DNA of 64,000 nt. It comes from an uncultured Bacteriovoracaceae bacterium (GTDB lineage: Bacteria; Bdellovibrionota; UBA2428). The stretch spans positions 112,224 through 176,223 of the forward strand of contig CAZSSP010000003.1 in the NCBI GenBank assembly GCA_964609695.1, in the 5' to 3' direction. Position numbers and translations under genes: made by a program. The notes beneath the pieces were generated by a model, which did no database searches, was not told the origin of the DNA, and saw nothing but the letters and a program-made list of their open reading frames with translations. Below are positions 20,934 to 30,968 of this stretch, piece after piece. Position 1 is the stretch's first letter; each line of letters opens with the position of its first letter.

Positions 20934-23120
20934 GTGGCCACAAATTCTACTAAAGCGCCTTGGGCCTTATCCGTACAATTTTTAAAAGGGGTTGGTGAAA
21001 AGTTAGCCTCTTTATTTAGAAAAGTACAAATCGAGAGTTATTGGGATTTACTTTTTCATTTACCTAGAGCTTACGAAGATCGTAGAAGATTTTGTAATTT
21101 TAAAGATATTGTTGAGAGTGTCGAAAAAAATCTTCCTGTTTTGGGGCAAGCGATTATTGAGGCTTATGTGCATCGACGCGCTCCAGGAGGGCGTTCTTGG
21201 TTAGAAGCTACGGTTAGGGTTTTAGATCCTAAAGAATCTTCTTCAGTGACTCATTATTTAACATTTGTTTGGTTCCATGAATCTCGCTTTATAGAAAAAT
21301 CTTTTCCAGTTGGAAGTGTTGTACTTTTTCAGGGAAAGGCCCAGTCTTTTAGAGGTCGTCTACAAATGGCTCATCCTCAATTGCAAAAAACTGAAAAAGA
21401 TATGGCTCCTTGGGAGTTTGGGAAAATTGTTCCCGTATATCCAGAGATTATGGGCGTTTCGACGAGAGTGATTCGTAAAATTCAATATCAAGCACTTATG
21501 AGGCCTGAGTTGGATTCTATTCCTGAAACATTACCCAAGGGAATGGCTGAGTCCCTTAAATTACCCGCATTGCCGGAATCATTGCGTGAAATACATTTTC
21601 CTCAAAAATGGGATGCCCCACTTGGAAATGACGTTGAAAATGAGTCTGTATCGAGTCCGTTCTATCGTCGACTGGCTTTCGAGGAACTTTTTTATTTGTC
21701 TTTGGCTTTAAGTTTAAGAAGCCAAGCTAAACTTATGCAATCTTTTGAAACTCCTTTAAAAGTACCGAAGGTGCAAGAAAAGGCTACTGAGAAAATCGGC
21801 TGGTTAACTCAATTGCCCTTTGCTTTAACGGAGGCGCAAAAAAAAGCACTTTCAGAAATTTCTTCTGACATGACTGAAGCAGAAAAACCGATGCATAGGC
21901 TTTTGCAGGGTGATGTGGGTTCTGGAAAAACTATAGTGGCATTTTTATCGATGCTTCAGGCAACTTCAAGTGGATACACCTCAGTGATGATGGCTCCCAC
22001 CGAACTCTTAGCCGACCAGCATTATAGGAATTTTATTAAATTATTTCCCGAATGGGCCGACAAAATTGTTTTATTAAAAGGCTCATTAACTGAAAAAGAA
22101 AAATTAGCGACTAAACGTGAACTTAGTTTTGGAAAAGCAAGAATAGCTATCGGAACCCAGGCCTTATTATTTGCAGAAAATATTTTTCAAGATTTAGCTT
22201 TGGTGGTGATTGATGAGCAGCATCGTTTTGGTGTGAAGCAGCGATTGGCTTTAAAGAAATTGAGCTTAGAGTGGGAGCCTCATTTATTAGTTATGACGGC
22301 AACCCCTATCCCTCGATCATTGGCTCTAACTCTTTATGGTGATTTAAAATTAAGTCAAATTAGAGAAAAACCAAAAGGTCGTCAGCCTATACGAACTCAT
22401 TTATTACGTGAAAAATCTCGAGATAAATTAGTGGAACGACTCAAGGGATTTTTATCCGAAGGAAGGCAAATCTATATGGTTTATCCTTTGGTTGAAGAAA
22501 ACGAAGAACTTGATTTGAAAGATGTTCAAAGAGCTCATCAAGAATGGGGCAGTATTTTTACGGGATTTCGAGTAGCTCTTTTGCATGGTCAAATGAAAGC
22601 TCAAGAAAAAGATCGAGCGATGAGAGAGTTCGTTGAAGGACGAGCTCAAGTTTTGGTGGCTACTACTGTAATTGAGGTTGGAATTGATGTTCCTCGAGCG
22701 AGCGTGATGGTTATTGAGCATGCTGAAAGATTTGGACTGTCTCAGCTCCATCAGTTGAGGGGGCGTGTGGGGCGTGGTGATATTGAAAGTTTTTGTATAC
22801 TTGTGACTCCGGATTGGCTTGGAGAAAAGTCTTATGAAAGACTTTCTATTATGGAAAAAACTGATGATGGATTTGTGATTGCAGAAAAAGATTTAGAGCT
22901 TAGGGGCCCAGGTGAGTTTTTAGGGCAAAGACAAAGTGGATTGCCTCAATTTAGAGTGGCTCATCTTTTAAGAGATGTTGAAATTCTTGATGAAGCAAGA
23001 AAGAAATCCCAAGAATTACTTTTAGGGGACCCTTTATTAAAAAAACCTGAAAATGCATTCGTAAAAGAACATCTCATGCGCTGGTGGGGCACTAAATTCG
23101 AACTATCTCTAAGTGGTTAG
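20934..23120 (+). CDS. recG: ATP-dependent DNA helicase RecG
   Basis: GTG start. Wedge domain region, helicase motif I GDVGSGKT, DEQHRFG motif II, helicase C-domain motifs. Confidence 0.9.
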   Translation: MATNSTKAPWALSVQFLKGVGEKLASLFRKVQIESYWDLLFHLPRAYEDRRRFCNFKDIVESVEKNLPVLGQAIIEAYVHRRAPGGRSWLEATVRVLDPKESSSVTHYLTFVWFHESRFIEKSFPVGSVVLFQGKAQSFRGRLQMAHPQLQKTEKDMAPWEFGKIVPVYPEIMGVSTRVIRKIQYQALMRPELDSIPETLPKGMAESLKLPALPESLREIHFPQKWDAPLGNDVENESVSSPFYRRLAFEELFYLSLALSLRSQAKLMQSFETPLKVPKVQEKATEKIGWLTQLPFALTEAQKKALSEISSDMTEAEKPMHRLLQGDVGSGKTIVAFLSMLQATSSGYTSVMMAPTELLADQHYRNFIKLFPEWADKIVLLKGSLTEKEKLATKRELSFGKARIAIGTQALLFAENIFQDLALVVIDEQHRFGVKQRLALKKLSLEWEPHLLVMTATPIPRSLALTLYGDLKLSQIREKPKGRQPIRTHLLREKSRDKLVERLKGFLSEGRQIYMVYPLVEENEELDLKDVQRAHQEWGSIFTGFRVALLHGQMKAQEKDRAMREFVEGRAQVLVATTVIEVGIDVPRASVMVIEHAERFGLSQLHQLRGRVGRGDIESFCILVTPDWLGEKSYERLSIMEKTDDGFVIAEKDLELRGPGEFLGQRQSGLPQFRVAHLLRDVEILDEARKKSQELLLGDPLLKKPENAFVKEHLMRWWGTKFELSLSG

Positions 23121-23647
23121 CGTTGCTGAGGAGCTTCGTTAATTTTAACGGCGTCTGAAGAGCCTTCTCCAGCGGTAGAGATTTCACTTAAGCAAAGACT
23201 TTGGTTTTTAAATAAAATTTCTACTATACCTTTTTTAGGAATCGAATTTCCAAATTTAGCGAGTTCTTTAACTAGGTCTAATTCTTTTACGTGAATATAA
23301 GAATGAGCTTTATCCCAGTATTCCACTTTAAATGAACTGCTAGTTTCCTTGATTTTATCTTTAGAAGCAGCCACTTTAAAGGTGAGTCTAAGAGTGACTA
23401 AATTCAAATCAGGATTTTTATCTCGGAAAAGATCAAACTTAGAAAAAAGCAAATCATCAAAGCCAGCGTTTGCGGGATCCCAGTCATTGGCGATAAAAAT
23501 GCTTGTTTTGGGAGCGATTTCTCCGGTTTTTTCATCGACAACATCGGCTGATTTATTTAAGCCCCAGAAAACTGGGCAAGTAGGGAGTTTGTCTGCAGCA
23601 AAGCTAAGTACACTTGTAAGACTTAGGATAAACGCTGAAATTTTCAT
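23117..23647 (-). CDS. Hypothetical secreted protein
   Basis: Signal peptide MKISAFILSLTSVLSFAADK. Convergent with recG; the stop codons overlap. Confidence 0.4.
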   Translation of the reverse strand: MKISAFILSLTSVLSFAADKLPTCPVFWGLNKSADVVDEKTGEIAPKTSIFIANDWDPANAGFDDLLFSKFDLFRDKNPDLNLVTLRLTFKVAASKDKIKETSSSFKVEYWDKAHSYIHVKELDLVKELAKFGNSIPKKGIVEILFKNQSLCLSEISTAGEGSSDAVKINEAPQQR

Positions 23648-23664
23648 AAACTTATTATACTCCT

Positions 23665-25836
23665 TTAATTGGCCAATGTGGGACAAGCATTTGGATCAAC
23701 TTTAAAGTTGCCACAAACTTCTCGGGTTTTTTTGCTGTTAGGAAAACATACGTGGATATGATTATGGTGTCCATCTTCATAGCGACAGCTTCTTAAGTTA
23801 GGATCATTGAATAGAATCGTTTCACCGCCAAAATCCTTAGCCATATTGATAAATTTTTGAGTGATGCTCGGACTGTAAGCATTGTCACGGAAAGTAAGAG
23901 GTTCATCTTTAAATTCATCTTTTCTAAAGGGTCTTATGTCTACACAATTTCCAATGGTGTGCGAACTATGATCATTAAAATACATCGCATCGACTTTTGA
24001 AATATCTCCCCAAGAAAGTCGGTAAGCAGAATCTTTATAAGCTATTCCCGCTGGAGCTTGTTTTCGCCATTCTTGCATGAGTGCAGTGAAGGCACAGGCT
24101 GTGATAGGTGAGGCGTAAGCATCATTTCCATTAAGTCCGGCGTTATAGTGAAAACTTCCGCAGGGTCCAACGCTAGGGGCTTTAGGGTTTAAAGGAATTT
24201 GAACCAATCCTGCTTCTCTTACGAGTACAGATCTCCCTTTTCTAGTTGTTGTATAAAGTGCAGGTGAGGTTTTGAAGTACGGAGTTACATAATGTTTATC
24301 GGCTATCATTTTTTTAATTTCCCAAGTAAAAGAAGGTTCACTAAGGGTTTTTGTATCGGTGAGTTTGGCTAAGGTTAAATTAGGATCAGCTTTATAGCCA
24401 TGAGAATAAAACCAACTCATAACAGTCGGGTCTCTGCTGCCAGGTTTACCTATGAGTCTTAGAATTTCATTGACCCGTGATTTGGGGTCGCGAGCTTCTT
24501 CTTGAACCATTACGTCAACTAAGCGGTCTTCATAATCTTGGCTTCCAGGGGTGAGTCCTTCGAATCTATAAGCATATTTTTGAATCAGTAAAGCTCGTTC
24601 TTCACTGTCGAGGCGTTTGGGATCGTATCGAGTCCAGGCTTGTTCGTTGAGTTCGTCGACAAGATTTTTCATCTCCTCAAAATGAGCGTAACAATCATTT
24701 TTATCATCTTGGCTTTTAAATTTTTCTTGGTCACAGAATTTTTTTAAACTTTGACTTAAGTGATAATCGGTTTTGTCTTGGAGGTTGACACCTTTTTCTC
24801 TCAAAAAGATATTGTTGTTTCTTCGAAGCCGGGCCACAGCATTTACGTTATGCCAGATTGCAGTTTCCATATGGGGCTGTCCTATGGCACCTACAACTCG
24901 ATTGGCATATTCATTGGTGACGGCACCGTGTAGAAAATTTCTAGAAATTTCATTTGTGTAAGCTTTACCATTGAAACTATTTGAACCCACAACAAAATTA
25001 GATGTGTTGTAAGTGACTCCCGGCGCGTTGCTTTCATGGTTTTCAAGAAAAATTAATTTTTTCACATAATCCATGGCGTTTACAGTTTCTTTAATATGAA
25101 CGTTGCCTTTAGAATTTTCATCGAGCATTTCCACATTTTGAATGAAGTGATCTATGTTGGCTGGAGTGTCTTCACGGTATTCTCGTGATTTGTGCATTTT
25201 ATCTGAAACATCTTTCCAGAAATAAGAATTGAGATCTTGGAGCGGTTCCTCAAGAGTGTTTTGGCATCTTGTTCGATTCCAGTCCTTTTTGAGGTGGTAT
25301 TCGCACCAGTTTTTAATTTGTTCTTTTAGTAAATCTAATAAATTGGATTTTTCTTTGTGTGTTAAATAAAGATTATTTTTTCTTTGGAGGCGAGCAATGC
25401 TGTTTCCAAATTGCCAAACCTTAAGAGCAAAGTCAGGTTTTCCAAGAGACATAGTCACTTGAGCCAAATAAGAGTTTACAATTTGTGAGTGATATTGATT
25501 TCTTTCTTCTTTGTCTTTGTAGGGGACAAGTTTTCCCTCATCATTTAAATATCCATCGGGCCCTATAACGTAATCTGGAAACTGAACCGGAATACCTTTT
25601 TCGAGTATCTCATCAGATTTATTACTTCCACTAACTGAGGAAGATTGAGACATGTGCCGTTGGGCTTCGTCTAAAGTTATGGAGTTTATTTTTTTGGTAT
25701 AGAGTAGAGATTCTTTGAGGTCTGGTTCCCTCATTAGAGGAATGGCGTCAGCAGCTTTTAAGGCTGTTGAACTCATGAAAAAGAGTATAGCTGCGCTCAT
25801 AAACAGCATAGAAAATGAGCGGCACAGGCTTCTCAT
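23665..25836 (-). CDS. Large secreted protein with C-terminal LAS-family (M15/VanY-like) zinc peptidase signature
   Basis: N-terminal signal peptide. C-terminal SSHTIGNCVD (SxHxxGxAxD-like) and HNHIHV (HxH) motifs characteristic of D-Ala-D-Ala carboxypeptidase/LAS peptidases. Confidence 0.5.
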   Translation of the reverse strand: MRSLCRSFSMLFMSAAILFFMSSTALKAADAIPLMREPDLKESLLYTKKINSITLDEAQRHMSQSSSVSGSNKSDEILEKGIPVQFPDYVIGPDGYLNDEGKLVPYKDKEERNQYHSQIVNSYLAQVTMSLGKPDFALKVWQFGNSIARLQRKNNLYLTHKEKSNLLDLLKEQIKNWCEYHLKKDWNRTRCQNTLEEPLQDLNSYFWKDVSDKMHKSREYREDTPANIDHFIQNVEMLDENSKGNVHIKETVNAMDYVKKLIFLENHESNAPGVTYNTSNFVVGSNSFNGKAYTNEISRNFLHGAVTNEYANRVVGAIGQPHMETAIWHNVNAVARLRRNNNIFLREKGVNLQDKTDYHLSQSLKKFCDQEKFKSQDDKNDCYAHFEEMKNLVDELNEQAWTRYDPKRLDSEERALLIQKYAYRFEGLTPGSQDYEDRLVDVMVQEEARDPKSRVNEILRLIGKPGSRDPTVMSWFYSHGYKADPNLTLAKLTDTKTLSEPSFTWEIKKMIADKHYVTPYFKTSPALYTTTRKGRSVLVREAGLVQIPLNPKAPSVGPCGSFHYNAGLNGNDAYASPITACAFTALMQEWRKQAPAGIAYKDSAYRLSWGDISKVDAMYFNDHSSHTIGNCVDIRPFRKDEFKDEPLTFRDNAYSPSITQKFINMAKDFGGETILFNDPNLRSCRYEDGHHNHIHVCFPNSKKTREVCGNFKVDPNACPTLAN

Positions 25837-26018
25837 GAAATAGTTCCCCCACTCACCATTCTACGCCTCATAATGGAAAAAAGGGCTCCTGGGTACCGCC
25901 AAATATTTGAAATTAATGAGGAAAATTGTATACATTTTGATCGATTGTCTAAGAGTTAGACAGCTGCTGCTGGAAGTAGGGCTTGTGTGTGAAGCTTGGC
26001 CTTGTTAAATGGGGGGGT

Positions 26019-26198
26019 ATGAGCTTTTGGCATTTATTACTTCTTTTTCTTATTTTGTTGTTTGTAATGGGTCCTAACAAGATTGAAGGAATTGGTGTTT
26101 CATTAGGTCGAGCTATTCGCGGTTTTAAAAAAGGTCTTCATGAAGGTGAAGAAGAAGCTAAAACTCCTAATCAAAATAAAAGCGAAAATCCTGCTTAA
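26019..26198 (+). CDS. tatA: Twin-arginine translocase subunit TatA/E
   Basis: MSFWHLLLLFLILLFVMGPNKIEGIGVSLGRAIRGFKKG matches the TatA TM and amphipathic helix consensus (FG..KL...G..LG.A.R.FKK). Confidence 0.7.
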   Translation: MSFWHLLLLFLILLFVMGPNKIEGIGVSLGRAIRGFKKGLHEGEEEAKTPNQNKSENPA

Positions 26199-26202
26199 AT
26201 TT

Positions 26203-27366
26203 TTAGAATCCTAAGCTTTGCTTATGAAGTTCGCCTGAGGCTTCGTCAACAAAAACCTCTGAATCTTTTGTTGAAAATCTAATTCGCTCCCCTTTTAAAA
26301 CCTGACTTTCTTTTTTTACTGTAGCCACATGTTTTAAAATGATCTGACCACTTTGAGGGTCAAATTCTGCTTCTTGGCACTGAGCCGTTCGATCGCTGGT
26401 TTCTATAGTGACATCACCTTGAAGGTAAAGTCTATCGGCCTCGGGATTTTTAGGGTTGCTAGCGTAGATGAGCTTTTCGCTTCTCATTTTAATTTTATCT
26501 CGAGTGACGGCGTCAACCTTACCGTGGGCTTCCATTTTATCGAGTTCACCACTCTCGTTAAAATAAACAGTCATACCATCTGAGTAGAGGTCAATTTTTT
26601 CAAGTTTGGCAACGATTTTTCTTCCGGCTTTTTCGGGATTACTTTCTAATTCTAGCCTTTCGATTTCGCCACCCTCACTGTTTTTTTTAGCGGCTTTCTT
26701 TTTATCTTTAAAAATAGTTTTTAAGCTATCTCCTAGGAGTTGCATTTTGTCGGAATAAACTTTGACTTCACCTAAGAACGTCGCAAAGTTTTGAGCGGGT
26801 TGGATGTTAACTCTTTCAGAAAGTATTTTTAAATCATTTTGTTTATGGTTTTTCTTTTGAGCGCTCACATCGGATAATATTTGATAGAAATCTTTTTTAG
26901 TTTCAATTTTTAAACCTCGGCCGCTAATTTCCATTTCATCTCCTGATTGACGTGCGGCTCTGAGGGCTCTGATGGAGTCTTCGCTAGTGAGAATTCCGCT
27001 AGAGTTTTCGTAATCTAAACTTTCCGTCTGAAATAATGTCCCATCGGGACTGAGCAACGAACAGTTTTTTCGGAGGCTGAGGTCCTGGCTAAGAGTTTGA
27101 ATGATTCCTTCATTAGCCATAATTTTGTAAGGCTCACTTTGATGATTCCAAATTAATGTTTCTGGCATTCTCACGGTGCTGAGATTTTGTTTTTGATAAA
27201 CTTCTGCGGAATCGGCCTTCATTGAGAAGCGCTTTTTTTGGCGATGAACATCGATCATTTGAAAACGATGTATTTCCACGTCTGGCTTGCCCGTCGGAAA
27301 CGTTAATGCGGCGAGCAAATATCCTTTGCTCTTAAGTGCTTTGTGCAATTTCCGATTCATTCTCAA
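26203..27366 (-). CDS. Hypothetical periplasmic protein, possibly LptA/LptC(OstA)-like
   Basis: C-terminal segment ...YLQGDVTIETSDRTAQCQEAEFDPQSGQIILKHV... resembles OstA-like beta-jellyroll repeats. Weak. Confidence 0.3.
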   Translation of the reverse strand: MRMNRKLHKALKSKGYLLAALTFPTGKPDVEIHRFQMIDVHRQKKRFSMKADSAEVYQKQNLSTVRMPETLIWNHQSEPYKIMANEGIIQTLSQDLSLRKNCSLLSPDGTLFQTESLDYENSSGILTSEDSIRALRAARQSGDEMEISGRGLKIETKKDFYQILSDVSAQKKNHKQNDLKILSERVNIQPAQNFATFLGEVKVYSDKMQLLGDSLKTIFKDKKKAAKKNSEGGEIERLELESNPEKAGRKIVAKLEKIDLYSDGMTVYFNESGELDKMEAHGKVDAVTRDKIKMRSEKLIYASNPKNPEADRLYLQGDVTIETSDRTAQCQEAEFDPQSGQIILKHVATVKKESQVLKGERIRFSTKDSEVFVDEASGELHKQSLGF

Positions 27367-27379
27367 TGTATAATTTACA

Positions 27380-28969
27380 ATGAGTATGAGGAAAATTCTT
27401 CCATTAATTATTTTCTTAAGCGCTTTTACGACTCAATCAAAGGAACCTTGGCCTTTTGACCAAAGAAATATCCTTCTTGTTCGCGTTAGTGGAGATGACT
27501 ATCCAGATGATGCGAGTTTGGCTCAGATTATGGATGTCTTTGTTGAGCGGGGTCGTATTCGATGGGTCACTCAAAAGGGTGATCCTGCACAAATAGTTCC
27601 TTTGCAAGTTCCGGTGGATTTTCCATGGCATTCTGCCCCTAGTGTGCGAGCTATGGGTTTAAAGTATAAGGCTGATGGAATTCTATATTTTGTTCAAGAA
27701 GGTATTGGGACTGAGCTTCGTTGGTATTCAACCTTAGACGGTCTCCCGATGGTTATTGAAAGTGTCAAAATTCCGGCGGCAGGTTCAGATGCTAAATGGC
27801 AAGAACAAAGAAGGGCCCGGCTCAAGGAATGGGCTCATCAAATTTGGGATCAAATTCCAGGAAATGGTTATGTGGTTCAACGACGTGGGAACGAAGCCTT
27901 GGTTGAGGGTCTTGATCCTGCTAGAATAAAAGTGGGTCAGCGTATCGATTTTATCAGAATAGATAAGGTGAATAGGCATCCCATTTTAAAGACACTTTCT
28001 CAGATCGAAAGTTCAGCGACCGGATATGGTGAAGTGACTTCGATACAAAAAAATCAATCACAAGTAAAAATTCAATTTGAATCTGAAATAGATCCTATAC
28101 AAGAAGGTGATAGATATTCCTATCAAGTTGTTGCTAAGGCGACCCCTTCAGCCCCTATCTCTGAATCTGTGGAAAATGAAGTTTCACAAAACACTCAGAG
28201 TGCCGAGCCTCAAGAGAATTCTCCTCAAACACAAGAAACTCCTTCGGGACTTTTATTTTTCAATAATACTAAAAAAATATTTGATCTTTATGCTGGGTTC
28301 AGTTTTGGGCAAATCACTCATGATGAAACAATCACTTCAACTTCGCGTTCAATGAAGAGTTCGAGTTTTTCTCCTGGATTTGATTTAGGTTCAACATTTT
28401 ATATAACTCGATCTTGGATTTCGGGCCTTGATTATTCTCAAACGGTGGCAAAATTTACTGATGTTCATCCTGGTTACGGAAGAACAAAAGTTAATTCTGG
28501 ATTGAGCACTTACAAAATATTTGGTGGTTATCGTTTTCTCATTGAAGAAGGCGTGACTTCATCGGCTGAACTCAGGGTTACTGCGGGCTATCGTAGTTGG
28601 GCTTTGGCCATGGAAGATATTGGCGGAAGTATTGCTCCTTCAGCAAAATCTTATGAAGGTCTAGAGCTGGGAGTGCTTGTTGGCTTTCCTATTTATAAGG
28701 GAGTAGGAGCTTCTTTTAGTGGTGGAAAAATGTTGGGAGCCAGTTTGAGTGAGAAACCACGAACGAGTGGAGATACTCCTGATGCGAGTTTCTGGCATTT
28801 TGGTGGTGGGCTTTCTTATGACATCAAGGGTAAGGGTGAGGCCCGTATTGGTTATAGAATTGAAACGGGTGAAACAAATTTCGATGGACAGGGTCAGCGC
28901 GGAACTAAAGCGAGCACAACTCTAGCTAAAAGAAGTTATTTTACTTGTAGCTACATAAACGCATTTTAA
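27380..28969 (+). CDS. Putative outer-membrane protein
   Basis: Signal peptide (ILPLIIFLSAFTTQS). Gly/Ser/Tyr-rich C-terminal half with alternating pattern, ending in an aromatic residue (…YINAF). Confidence 0.4.
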   Translation: MSMRKILPLIIFLSAFTTQSKEPWPFDQRNILLVRVSGDDYPDDASLAQIMDVFVERGRIRWVTQKGDPAQIVPLQVPVDFPWHSAPSVRAMGLKYKADGILYFVQEGIGTELRWYSTLDGLPMVIESVKIPAAGSDAKWQEQRRARLKEWAHQIWDQIPGNGYVVQRRGNEALVEGLDPARIKVGQRIDFIRIDKVNRHPILKTLSQIESSATGYGEVTSIQKNQSQVKIQFESEIDPIQEGDRYSYQVVAKATPSAPISESVENEVSQNTQSAEPQENSPQTQETPSGLLFFNNTKKIFDLYAGFSFGQITHDETITSTSRSMKSSSFSPGFDLGSTFYITRSWISGLDYSQTVAKFTDVHPGYGRTKVNSGLSTYKIFGGYRFLIEEGVTSSAELRVTAGYRSWALAMEDIGGSIAPSAKSYEGLELGVLVGFPIYKGVGASFSGGKMLGASLSEKPRTSGDTPDASFWHFGGGLSYDIKGKGEARIGYRIETGETNFDGQGQRGTKASTTLAKRSYFTCSYINAF

Positions 28970-29033
28970 TACTGCGCTGATAAACGGACCTTTTAATCTA
29001 TTCCCTTCTTTAACTTCAAATTGCTCAATACAT

Positions 29034-30521
29034 TTACTCTTGAGCAGCTGGGGGCTTGGGCAGTGATCCTGGAGTATTAACCAACATGGCTTTGGGTACA
29101 CTTTTATTTAAAAGTCCTATTACAGCGAGCCTATCTTTTACGGCTTTACTGACATTACTTTGAGAATATTCATGTTGATAATATGATAATAGCATTCTGC
29201 TTTCTTCAGAATCTGGGTGAGCGTTAATGAAATCAGGAGTTCCCATCTTTTTCAAATACGCTACAAGCTCAGAGGAGTTTTTAGGTTTGTTTTGGCGAAG
29301 CACATAAATCTGTTTGATGAAATCTAAGCTGTAATCACGAGACATGGGGTCTTTGTTTTCACCAACATCAGCAATCAATCGGGCCAATTCTTCGTTAGTA
29401 GTGTTGGGGAGTAATTGATCTAGTTTTAATTGATTAGGATCTGATGAATTATGCTTATAATTTGCATTCGCTACAATGGCTAACTCTCTAATTTCTATTC
29501 GGCTATTTTCTGACTGTTTAGCATAGGCCTCCAATACATCTCCTTCTTTGTCTCCGCTTCTTTTTTGGTAAAACTCGTTAATACTCGTATAAAGATTGGG
29601 AAAATCTTTTTTAACTTTCTCTAGTCCTTTGGCTTCATCATGAAAGAAATTGGGATTTTTCAGGTTTTCTGTAGCTTGTTTGAATAAGTCGAGTTTAGCT
29701 TTATTTTCTTTGGCCCCAATGTAATCGGCAAGACGTCCAACTTTACTGATTTGAGAACCTAACTCAACTTTTTCCTTTTCGCTTAAAAGGACTCCTGGTT
29801 TTTCTCTATCTTTTATATAAGAGGCAAAGGCTTTGGGGTTTTTCTTTTGATCTTTTAATGCAGCAAAGCAACGACTACCTAGTTTTTGGTATAAAGATTG
29901 ATAGACACTATTGTTGCTCAAATTTTCGAAATCACCCCAATCAAGATTGTCTTCGGCTTTTGATAGAATCCAGGGATTGTTTTCAGCGGGTATCATGCCA
30001 ATTAATTTCTTAAAAGAAACTTCAGTAGGAGCCTTATCAGTAAGCATGACAGAGTTAATTCCATCGTTGGATTTCTCGATAAGGAGTTGAATGCGTCCGA
30101 GAGCTTTAATCTCATCTATACTCAGTTCGCTATTGTTGTGCCTGATTGTTTCAAAGGCCTGAGTGATAGCGTTTTTATAAGCTTTGGCTTTCTCTGGATA
30201 GTTTTCTGGATCGGTTTTTTTTAAGGCTTGAAGTGCTTTTGCTTCTTCGTTCATGAGTCGATTGAGGTACCAGTATTTTGTGGAAGATTCTTCTTTGGGA
30301 TTTTTGATATCTTGGGGGCACTCAAAAATTGAGCTGAGTTTTATTTTAAAGCGTTCAGCTTCACTTTGAGTTTTTAAGGAACTGAAAATTTCCTTTTCAG
30401 CTGAAGTAGATAATACTTCAGTTTTTACTTTGCTGTGATTGTTAGACCCAGCAAAAATTTGAGAGGCTGATAAGATTGAGCAAGTTAAAGAGACTCTTTT
30501 GAATTTTTGAATTCTCAACAT
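29034..30521 (-). CDS. Hypothetical secreted Lys-rich protein
   Basis: 495 aa with signal peptide (VSLTCSILSASQIFAGS). No motif recognised. Confidence 0.35.
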   Translation of the reverse strand: MLRIQKFKRVSLTCSILSASQIFAGSNNHSKVKTEVLSTSAEKEIFSSLKTQSEAERFKIKLSSIFECPQDIKNPKEESSTKYWYLNRLMNEEAKALQALKKTDPENYPEKAKAYKNAITQAFETIRHNNSELSIDEIKALGRIQLLIEKSNDGINSVMLTDKAPTEVSFKKLIGMIPAENNPWILSKAEDNLDWGDFENLSNNSVYQSLYQKLGSRCFAALKDQKKNPKAFASYIKDREKPGVLLSEKEKVELGSQISKVGRLADYIGAKENKAKLDLFKQATENLKNPNFFHDEAKGLEKVKKDFPNLYTSINEFYQKRSGDKEGDVLEAYAKQSENSRIEIRELAIVANANYKHNSSDPNQLKLDQLLPNTTNEELARLIADVGENKDPMSRDYSLDFIKQIYVLRQNKPKNSSELVAYLKKMGTPDFINAHPDSEESRMLLSYYQHEYSQSNVSKAVKDRLAVIGLLNKSVPKAMLVNTPGSLPKPPAAQE

Positions 30522-30629
30522 ATGAATACATTATGAGGCATTTAATGTTAAAAAAGAAGGAATCCTGACTAAGCTTTTCGAGCGAATTATTGAAATATCG
30601 TCAAGTTTATAGAAGTTACTGACAATAAG

Positions 30630-30947
30630 TTAGTCATCTTCTTTATCGCAACAAAACATATTATCGCCATATCCGTCGTGAGGATCCAATGGGTGGCAAG
30701 TTGAAGCGTTAGATTTGATCATCTGGGCTTTAGACATCACCTTGCAATCGGATTCTTGATCTTTCCACTTTTTAACCTGTTCCTTAGAGGGTTTTGCGGC
30801 CTCTTCATATTGCATGGTTTCATTTATTTTTTCTCTATCCCACTCTTGCTCGTGCCCAACATGTTTAACCTTTGTCTGGTTTTTTTTCGAAGAACAAGCT
30901 GTTATGCTGATTAGGGATACAATGAAAAGGGTGAGGACTTTTCTCAT
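30630..30947 (-). CDS. Small lipoprotein
   Basis: MRKVLTLFIVSLISITAC lipobox. Cys-rich C-terminus (CHP...CCDKEDD). Confidence 0.35.
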   Translation of the reverse strand: MRKVLTLFIVSLISITACSSKKNQTKVKHVGHEQEWDREKINETMQYEEAAKPSKEQVKKWKDQESDCKVMSKAQMIKSNASTCHPLDPHDGYGDNMFCCDKEDD

Positions 30948-30968
30948 AACTTCTAATTTTACAGACTC

